Part shown: positions 57,340-64,000 of the stretch, piece after piece
Position numbering within the stretch: position 1 is the first letter of the stretch
Layout: the number at the start of each line of letters is the position of its first letter
Source: Flavobacteriales bacterium
Lineage (GTDB): Bacteria; Bacteroidota; Bacteroidia; Flavobacteriales_F; PHOS-HE28
Assembly: GCA_020635695.1 (NCBI GenBank)
Contig: JACJZH010000005.1
Location: forward strand, 102,708 to 166,707
Reading direction: 5' to 3'
Length of the DNA: 64,000 nucleotides
Notes under the pieces: generated by a model
What the model saw: the letters and a program-made list of their open reading frames with translations, nothing else
Database searches by the model: none
Told to the model about the DNA's origin: nothing
Position numbers and translations under genes: made by a program

Positions 57340-58811
57340 GGGGACAAAGGTCGCACCGACGGCCGCTCCACCCGCCAGGCCACGGTCATGAAGCCCAACA
57401 GCACCACGGCCCGAACGGCGTAGTTCAAGGCGCCTTCCAACGGCAGTTGTTCCACCCCCCACCACAGGAACACGCCGACGGCCATGTACAGCAGCACACG
57501 CGTCACCTGGTAGGGCACGGGCCAGTAGTGCTGACCCAGCAAGTGGCTCATCACCGTCATGCCCCCGTAGCAGGCCAGGGTGGCCCAGGCGCTGCCCAGG
57601 TAGCCGATGCGGGGGATCAACAGGAAGTTGAGCACCAGGGTGACGCCCGCGCCGAACAGGGCGATGGTGCCCCCCCAGCGCGTGCGGTCGGTGAGCTTGT
57701 ACCACACGCTCTGGTTGTAGTAGATGCCCAGGAACACGTTGGCCAGCATCAGGATGGGCACCACGCGCAGCCCCACGTGGTAGGCCTCGTTGGGGATGAA
57801 CCATTTGAAGAGGTCCAGGAAGAGCATCACCGTCAGGAAGGCGGTCATCATGAAGGCCACCGACCAGTTCATGAGCTTGGCGAAGGTCTCCCTGGCCTTG
57901 GGGTCCTCGGCCTGGCTGAAGAAGAAGGGCTCGGCCGCGAAGCGGAAGGCCTGGATGAAGAGCGTGATCAGGATGGCCAGCTTGTAGCAGGCGCCGTAGA
58001 TGCCGATCTGGGTGTCGGCCGTGTCCGCGGGAAGCAGCCACTTGAGCAGGATGCGGTCGGCGGTCTCGTTCACCATGCCGGCCAGACCGGCCACCAGCAG
58101 CGGCGCCCCGAAGACGAGCATGGGCCGCAGCAGGGCCTTGTCGTACCAGGCGGGGCGGGGGAAGGAGGGGAGCAGCAACAGCAGTTTCACCCCGCTGGAC
58201 ACCAGGTTGATCAGGAACACATAGCCCACGCCCAGATCGGGGTCGTACACCGCGTCGATGAGGGCATTGCTCTCCCCGGCGTTGAAGCTCCGCATGCAGT
58301 AGCCGATGAAGAACAGGCTGAGCCCGATGTTGACCAACACACTGGTGATGTTGATGGCCGCGAAGCGCCACGGGCGGCCCTGACTGCGAAGGCGCGCCAT
58401 GGGCAGGGTGGTGATGGCGTCGATGCCGATGATGCCCACCAACATGAGCACGGAGAAGGCATGGCCGGGATAGCCAAGGCCCCCGGCGATGGACTGTGCG
58501 GTGAAGCCGGCGGCCAGCATGAAGACCGACGAGGTGGCCAGCAGCGCGAAGCCGGCCGTCGCATAGGCCCGGTCACCGGCCTCGCCCGACTTGTTGGCGA
58601 AGCGGAAGAAGGCCGTCTCCATGCCGTAGGTCAGCACCACGTTCAACAGGGCCGTCCAGGCGTAGAGCGCGGTGATGACGCCGTAGTCGGCGGGCGGGAA
58701 CACCCCCTTGCTGGTGTACAGCGGGGTGAGCAGGTAGTTCAGGAAGCGCGCAACGATGCTGCTGAGCCCGTAGATGGCCGCCTGGCCGGCGAGGTTGCGG
58801 AGGGCGCTCAA
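57336..58811 (-). CDS. Polysaccharide biosynthesis / oligosaccharide flippase (Wzx-like, MOP superfamily)
   Basis: The integral membrane protein has about 14 predicted TM helices. A 4-nt overlap links it to dut. Confidence 0.7.
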   Translation of the reverse strand: MSALRNLAGQAAIYGLSSIVARFLNYLLTPLYTSKGVFPPADYGVITALYAWTALLNVVLTYGMETAFFRFANKSGEAGDRAYATAGFALLATSSVFMLAAGFTAQSIAGGLGYPGHAFSVLMLVGIIGIDAITTLPMARLRSQGRPWRFAAINITSVLVNIGLSLFFIGYCMRSFNAGESNALIDAVYDPDLGVGYVFLINLVSSGVKLLLLLPSFPRPAWYDKALLRPMLVFGAPLLVAGLAGMVNETADRILLKWLLPADTADTQIGIYGACYKLAILITLFIQAFRFAAEPFFFSQAEDPKARETFAKLMNWSVAFMMTAFLTVMLFLDLFKWFIPNEAYHVGLRVVPILMLANVFLGIYYNQSVWYKLTDRTRWGGTIALFGAGVTLVLNFLLIPRIGYLGSAWATLACYGGMTVMSHLLGQHYWPVPYQVTRVLLYMAVGVFLWWGVEQLPLEGALNYAVRAVVLLGFMTVAWRVERPSVRPLSP

Positions 58812-58821
58812 TCGATCGGGT

Positions 58822-59610
58822 TCACGCGCCTTTGAACTCGGGCTTCCGCTTCTCGAGGAACGCGCTCGTTCCCTCCTTGAAGTCGGCCGTGCCGAAGCAG
58901 TTGCCGAACTCCTCGATCTCGCGCTGCAGGCCGTTGGTCCCCGGCTCGTAGCCGGCGTTCACCGCGCGGATGGCGGCGGCCAGGGCGGTGGGGCTGTTCT
59001 TCGCGATGCGGCCGGCCAGCTCCATGCAGGTGGTCAGCAGTTGCTCCTGGGGCACCACGTGGTTCACCAGCCCCCATTGCAGGGCCTCGTCCGCGGCCAC
59101 CATGCCCGAGCTGCCCAGGAAGATCATCTCCATGGCCTTGCCCTTGCCCACGAGTCGCGCGAGCCGCTGCGTGCCACCGTAGCCGGGGATCACGCCCAGG
59201 CCCACTTCGGGAAGGCCCAGCTTGGCGTTGTCGCTGGCCACGCGGAAGTGGCAGCTCATGGCCAGCTCCAGCCCGCCGCCCAAGGCGAAGCCGTTCACGG
59301 CAGCGATCACGGGCTTGTTCAGGCGCTCCACGTGATCGAAGAGCTTCTTGTGGCCGTCCGCGCTCAAGGCCTGCCCCTCGGCCACGCTGAAGTGCGCGAA
59401 CTCCTTGATGTCGGCACCCGCCACGAAGGCCTTGGCCCCGCTGCCGGTCAGGATCAGCACCCGCACCTGGGCATCCGCCTCGGCCTCGTCCAGCGCCTTG
59501 TCCAGCTCGGCGATGGTGGCGCGGTTCAGCGCGTTCAGCTGGTCGGGCCGGTTGATGGTGATGACGCGGATGGCGCCGTCGGTGTGGATCAGGAGGTTCT
59601 CGTAGGCCAT
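58822..59610 (-). CDS. Enoyl-CoA hydratase (crotonase family)
   Basis: The crotonase fold includes VAAVNGFALGGGLELAMSCHFRVAS and catalytic Glu residues. Confidence 0.85.
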   Translation of the reverse strand: MAYENLLIHTDGAIRVITINRPDQLNALNRATIAELDKALDEAEADAQVRVLILTGSGAKAFVAGADIKEFAHFSVAEGQALSADGHKKLFDHVERLNKPVIAAVNGFALGGGLELAMSCHFRVASDNAKLGLPEVGLGVIPGYGGTQRLARLVGKGKAMEMIFLGSSGMVAADEALQWGLVNHVVPQEQLLTTCMELAGRIAKNSPTALAAAIRAVNAGYEPGTNGLQREIEEFGNCFGTADFKEGTSAFLEKRKPEFKGA

Positions 59611-59642
59611 GGCGGTGGGCGGTGTCGGGCAAAGGTATCCGC

Positions 59643-62600
59643 TCAGCGGCGCAGCGGCAGTTCCACCCGGAAGGTGGTCCCCAAGCCCTCCTCCGTTTCG
59701 TAGTGCACGGAGCCCCCGGCGTTCTCCACCAGCCGTTTCACCATGGCCAGCCCCAGTCCGGTGCCGCTGCCCTTGGTGGTGAAGTTGGGCCGGAAGATGC
59801 GCTCCCGGTCGGCCTCGGAAATGCCCGTGCCGTTGTCCGATACGGATACCATCGCCTTTCCGTCCTGCACAGCGCCATGCACCCGCACCTGGCCTTCACG
59901 TTCCTCCGGGATCGCCTGCAGAGCGTTCAGCAGCAGGTTGTTGAACACGCGCAGCAGGTGTTCGCGGTCCGCATGGACGGGCAGGGGCTCCGACAGTTCC
60001 GCGGTGAAACGCACCTGGGGATGGCCGTGGTACACGTCCACCGCCGCACGCACCACCTCGCGCAAGTCCAGGTCGGTGGCCTGGGCACGGGGCATCTGGG
60101 CAAAGGAGCTGAACTCGGAGGCGATGGTGCTGAGCGCGTCGATCTGCTGCACCATGCCGGCGGTGAAGCGTTGCAGGCGCGGTCCCGCATCGGGCGCGTC
60201 CGGGTCCCAGGTGCGCTCGAAATGCTGCAGGCCCAACTTCATGGGCGTGAGCGGGTTCTTGATCTCGTGGGCCACCTGGCGGGCCATCTCGCGCCAGGCG
60301 CTTTCCCGTTCGCTGGCGGCCAGGCGATCGGCGCTGGCGCGCAGTTCGGCCACCTTGCGGTTGTACACCTCCACAAGGTGCCCCAGCTCGTCCTGCCCCT
60401 GGTAGCGGATCGGTTCGTTGGTGCCCCCCAGCGCGATCCGTTCCAGGCCCTGCTCCAGCAGCCTCAACGGACGCGTGGTCCAGTTGGCGATGAAGGCGGC
60501 TGCCACCACCGAGAGCACGAAGAGCACGGCGAACAGGTTCACGATGGCCACGATGAGCCCGGCGCGCTCCTGTTCCAGTTCGGCCTGACGGGCGAAGTAG
60601 GGCAGGGCCAGGTAGGCCAGCACATCGCCTTGATCGTTCCGCAGGGGCGCGTAACTGGTGCGGAAGGCCGCGGCCCCGATCCGTTCCTCCTGCACATAGG
60701 CACTGGCCCCCTTCAGATGGAGACGTCGAAAGGCTCCGGGGTCCATCCAACGACCCAGCAGGCCCGCGGTGTACACCTGTTCCCGGGAGGTGGCCAGCAG
60801 CTCGCCATCGGTGGCAAAGAGCGAGAGGTCGGTGAAGAAGACATTGCTCAACTTCACCAGCAGGTGGTCCAGATAGGGCCCCAGGTCGGTGGCCAGCCGG
60901 GGTTCGCCACCCACCTTCTGCTGCAGTTCCACCAGCACGGAGCGGGTGCGTTCCTCGAGCAGTTCCCGTGAACGGGCCTCGTACTGGCCACCGGCCAGGC
61001 GCCTGGCGCCGATCGCGAACAGCACCAGGCCGATGGCGGCGAAGAGCAGGATGCCCACACGCAGCTTCATGCCCAACCCCAGTTGGGGGAACCCGCGGTG
61101 AACGACCAGCTCTCGAAGACCCAGCACCAGGCCGGCAAGCAGGGCGTAGCAGGTGAAGAGGTAGCTGAAGGTCGTGAGCCGGTCCAGGAGGGAAGGTACC
61201 GGAAGTCCCAGGACCACCAGCGTGCCCGCAGGGTCGCCATAGGCCAGATGATCATAAGCACCTTCGCGGAAGCGGAGCTCAGGTCCGTCCATGGCCCGGG
61301 CCCATTCCAAGGGATAGGGGTAGGGGCCCGTGAGGCCGCTCAGCTCGCCGGCCTCATACCGGGCACGGGCATAGCGTTCCAGCCTCCGGTCGATGGGCCG
61401 GTCGCCGGCGAGCAGCAGGTCCGGGAACCCGAGCCCTTCGGGCATCAGGCGGGAGCGCAACTCCACCACGATCGGTCCCACTTCGGCGTTGCGGGGCAGG
61501 ACCGCACCCAGGAAGAGCAGGTCGCCCCCGCCCTGCCGTTCGGTGCGCAGCACGGGTCGGTCCCGCTCGGGCATTCCGTTGCCGGTGAGCTCTGCAAAGG
61601 CGGTCCAGTCCAGGGCTTCGCCAGCGGTGGTGCAGCGCGGCCTCAGGTCGCGACCCAACAGGGTCAGGCGCACGTCGTAGCGCTCCCAGTAGCCGGTGAA
61701 GTGTTCCTGCCGGAGCTGGTCCAGGTCCGTGGGCGTGCAGGGCAGGGTCTCATCCTTCCACAGGGCCGACCAGCGGCCATCGTCGTGGATCGCGTCCACC
61801 ACGTCGCGGAACAGCAGTTCCACCACGGGGTCGTCGAAGGCCACGGTCCGTTCGGCGAGCACCAGCCGATCGCGTTCCTCGCGTTTCTGAGCATAACGGT
61901 CGAGCACATGGGCGGTGTAGGCCGCGAGCACGGCCAGCAGGAGCAGGCCGGGCGCCATGCGGGGTCTGCGGTCAAGCGCCGCGAGCAGCACCACCGGAGG
62001 CAGTGGCCACACCATGAGCACCGTATCCCGGACACCCGCCAGATGCAGCACCACCAGGTGGACGGTGATCAGCAGGAGCAACCCGACCCCTGTTCGCCTG
62101 AAGGTGATGGTGGCCGCATGGCGCCGTACCCCGGTATGGGCGAACAGGGTCCAGGCACCGAGCAGGGTGCCCATGCCCGCAAGGGCCAGCCAGCTGTACC
62201 GGTCGAAGCTCTGGACATGGTACAGGTCCAGGTCCACGCTGCTGTCGTTGACGATGCCGATCAGCACGCCGTTCGTCCATGCGCCGAGTGCCAGCAGGAC
62301 CGTTGCCCAGCCCCAGGCCTCCCGGGGACGCTCCCGGTCCGCTGGACCGCGCCCGAGCAGGTGATGTGCCGTGGCCGCCAGGACCAACAACAGCAGGGCA
62401 TTGACCAGCAGATCCCCCAACGAGGGCAGCAGTGCACTCGCTGCGAAGAGGGCCGGATCGAAGAGCGGGAGCCCTTCCAGCCCAGGGAGCGGTCCGGCCA
62501 TGAGCATCCACCAGCGCAGAGCGGCCACCGACAGCACCAGTGACAGCACGCCGACCCAAGGGCCCTGTTGGCGGGAGAGCCTCACGGAACCAAGGACCAG

Positions 62601-63224
62601 GCCGGCCAACACCAGCAGACCTCCGGCCGTCCAGAACGGCCATCTCGGCATGCCGAGGGACAGCTGTCTGTCCGTTGTCCAGACGAGCCTGGCGATCGGC
62701 CGGTCGGCCGCATCTCGAAGCACGGGCCCCGTTCCGGGCGCGCGTGTGGCGACCAGGCCTTCAGGTGCGTTCAGCACCGGAGCAAAGCCACTGTGCAGGA
62801 ACCGGTTCTCGATGGGGGGGCGGGACCATACGCGGAACAGGACGTGCACGCCATCGCCCGCCCGGTGGTGCAGGTGCATGCCATCCCGGAGGATCAACGG
62901 TCCGTTCGAAGCGGTATCGATCCGGCCTGCATCGACTGGCGAGCGGTCCCAGTAGGCGAGCTCGCCCTGCTGCCAGACCAGCACCATGGCCCCGGCCGGC
63001 ATGTCGGTCGGGGGTTCCTGCCACAGGGATCCGGCTCCGCGGATGGCGACCTGCTCGGCCACCTCATCCACGACGGCCTCCAGCTGGTGGTCCAGCGTCG
63101 TGACGCCCGCCTGTACCTCCGCCACGGCCTGCTCCAGGGCCCGGTCCGGATCGGGTCTGGGCCAGATCAGGGCCAGGGTGATGCCCAGTGATCCGGCAAG
63201 GAGGAGCATCAGGGGGATCCGCAT
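59643..63224 (-). CDS. Very large multi-pass membrane sensor histidine kinase
   Basis: It is 1,194 aa after trimming the start to MRIPLMLLL. An N-terminal signal/TM precedes an extracytoplasmic domain of about 250 aa. At least 8 TM helices, a large intervening region and further TMs follow. The C-terminal HisKA box is EIKNPLTPM. The HATPase carries NALQA, DNGTGI and GSGTGLGLAMV. Confidence 0.75.
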   Translation of the reverse strand: MRIPLMLLLAGSLGITLALIWPRPDPDRALEQAVAEVQAGVTTLDHQLEAVVDEVAEQVAIRGAGSLWQEPPTDMPAGAMVLVWQQGELAYWDRSPVDAGRIDTASNGPLILRDGMHLHHRAGDGVHVLFRVWSRPPIENRFLHSGFAPVLNAPEGLVATRAPGTGPVLRDAADRPIARLVWTTDRQLSLGMPRWPFWTAGGLLVLAGLVLGSVRLSRQQGPWVGVLSLVLSVAALRWWMLMAGPLPGLEGLPLFDPALFAASALLPSLGDLLVNALLLLVLAATAHHLLGRGPADRERPREAWGWATVLLALGAWTNGVLIGIVNDSSVDLDLYHVQSFDRYSWLALAGMGTLLGAWTLFAHTGVRRHAATITFRRTGVGLLLLITVHLVVLHLAGVRDTVLMVWPLPPVVLLAALDRRPRMAPGLLLLAVLAAYTAHVLDRYAQKREERDRLVLAERTVAFDDPVVELLFRDVVDAIHDDGRWSALWKDETLPCTPTDLDQLRQEHFTGYWERYDVRLTLLGRDLRPRCTTAGEALDWTAFAELTGNGMPERDRPVLRTERQGGGDLLFLGAVLPRNAEVGPIVVELRSRLMPEGLGFPDLLLAGDRPIDRRLERYARARYEAGELSGLTGPYPYPLEWARAMDGPELRFREGAYDHLAYGDPAGTLVVLGLPVPSLLDRLTTFSYLFTCYALLAGLVLGLRELVVHRGFPQLGLGMKLRVGILLFAAIGLVLFAIGARRLAGGQYEARSRELLEERTRSVLVELQQKVGGEPRLATDLGPYLDHLLVKLSNVFFTDLSLFATDGELLATSREQVYTAGLLGRWMDPGAFRRLHLKGASAYVQEERIGAAAFRTSYAPLRNDQGDVLAYLALPYFARQAELEQERAGLIVAIVNLFAVLFVLSVVAAAFIANWTTRPLRLLEQGLERIALGGTNEPIRYQGQDELGHLVEVYNRKVAELRASADRLAASERESAWREMARQVAHEIKNPLTPMKLGLQHFERTWDPDAPDAGPRLQRFTAGMVQQIDALSTIASEFSSFAQMPRAQATDLDLREVVRAAVDVYHGHPQVRFTAELSEPLPVHADREHLLRVFNNLLLNALQAIPEEREGQVRVHGAVQDGKAMVSVSDNGTGISEADRERIFRPNFTTKGSGTGLGLAMVKRLVENAGGSVHYETEEGLGTTFRVELPLRR

Positions 63225-63372
63225 ATCGCTCGGTGGCCTCAAGAGCCGCGCCAAAGTACAGGCGCGGTCGTCCTCCTCGGGGTTGTCGCCCAATGGGTTG
63301 CGAACCAATACATGGGGATCCCGTAGGAAGGTGTCCGGGCCCCCTGAACGAGGGCCCACAGATCTCGACGGA

Positions 63373-64000
63373 ATGAAGAAGGCGTTACTCTTCGCGCTGA
63401 CCTCGTTCCTGTCGGTGCACCTCACCGCACAGACAGGTACGGAATTCTGGGTGGCCCCGCCCGATGTCACGGTGCGGCACAACAACCCGGGTGATGAACC
63501 CATCTTCCTGAACGTCACCACGGGGAACGCGCCCGCGGTGGTCACGGTGTCACAGCCGGCCAACCCTGCGTTCAACGGGGGTACGCCGATCGTGCTGAAC
63601 GTGCCGGCCAACTCGGCGGTGCGGCACAACATGACCGCGCTGAAGGCCCAGCTGGAAACGCGCCCCACCAACACGGTGCGCAACACCGGCCTGCTGGTCC
63701 AGAGCACCGCGGACATCACCTGCTACTACGAGTCCAGCAACACGAACAACCCGGACATCCTGGCCTTGAAAGGGGCCAACGGATTGGGCTACGAGTTCTA
63801 CATCCCGCTGCACAAGCACGCGCCGTTCCACAACCACGACTTCATGCCCCATGCGAACGACCTGGCCTTCGCCTCGTTCGACATCGTGGCCACCGAGAAC
63901 AACACCACCGTGCTGATCTACAGCCCGGTCGACGTGGACGGACATGCAGCGCTCACGCCCTTCACCGTGTACCTGGATCGCGGGGAGACCTATTCCTGCG
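63373..64000 (+). CDS. Secreted hypothetical protein, N-terminal part (continues beyond window end)
   Basis: ATG at 63373 opens onto MKKALLFALTSFLSVHLTAQ, a clean signal peptide. The open frame runs to the window edge. It is absent from the ORF track because it has no stop. Confidence 0.55.
   Translation, partial: MKKALLFALTSFLSVHLTAQTGTEFWVAPPDVTVRHNNPGDEPIFLNVTTGNAPAVVTVSQPANPAFNGGTPIVLNVPANSAVRHNMTALKAQLETRPTNTVRNTGLLVQSTADITCYYESSNTNNPDILALKGANGLGYEFYIPLHKHAPFHNHDFMPHANDLAFASFDIVATENNTTVLIYSPVDVDGHAALTPFTVYLDRGETYSC

Noticed and set aside
40071-62543. Other long antisense frames (40071..41324 -, 42912..44549 -, 45156..46901 -, 48562..50652 +, 50436..51854 +, 52096..53229 +, 54034..56043 +, 55881..56951 +, 57447..58835 +, 59622..60971 +, 61083..62543 +)
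   Set aside because: Each lies opposite a CDS with strong motif support (gltX, the PorZ-like gene, S9 peptidase, mltD, gatA, envC-like, TPR, nucleotidyltransferase, flippase, histidine kinase). These are high-GC frame artefacts.

Overview
This is a high-GC (roughly 65%) chromosomal segment that looks Bacteroidota-like. The basis is three proteins with type-A T9SS C-terminal sorting domains, Bacteroidota-style housekeeping proteins (Prs, TatA and GldJ-free envelope genes), and an ECF sigma/anti-sigma pair. I call about 55 protein-coding genes, two tRNAs (Asn-GTT and Cys-GCA, each followed by a hairpin terminator), and no rRNA, CRISPR array, integrase or transposase. Housekeeping genes make up much of the window: prs-rplY-pth, rnr, rpiB, mnmG, ybeY, gltX-folB, recO, gatA, tatA and dut. 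They are interspersed with envelope, secretion and signalling loci. A 1,000-aa T9SS cargo protein is built from near-identical PKD-like cassettes. An ECF sigma / anti-sigma / T9SS-PKD operon follows it. Two tail-less SSB paralogs sit in tandem and end in a perfect 28-bp palindrome. A translationally coupled periplasmic YfiR-like / TPR / HAMP-PP2C phosphatase trio is present. An RsbW-like kinase is coupled to a giant coiled-coil DUF4175-like membrane protein and ybeY. A PAS histidine kinase / LytTR pair sits next to a MORN-repeat exoprotein. A PorZ-like beta-propeller T9SS protein follows tRNA-Cys. A very large multi-TM histidine kinase lies near the window's end. Non-coding oddities include a 14-bp perfect palindrome (GTTCCACGTGGAAC) present three times around mnmG, with two copies sitting on translation starts. 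There is also a GATC-dense, repeat-rich 425-bp intergenic region upstream of rpiB and a phased TTTCGGCC triplet upstream of an ALDH7-like gene. Many long antisense ORFs in the supplied track are high-GC frame artefacts and are not called. Coordinates derived from the ORF track are exact; coordinates counted by hand from the sequence (tRNAs, repeats, palindromes) may be off by one.
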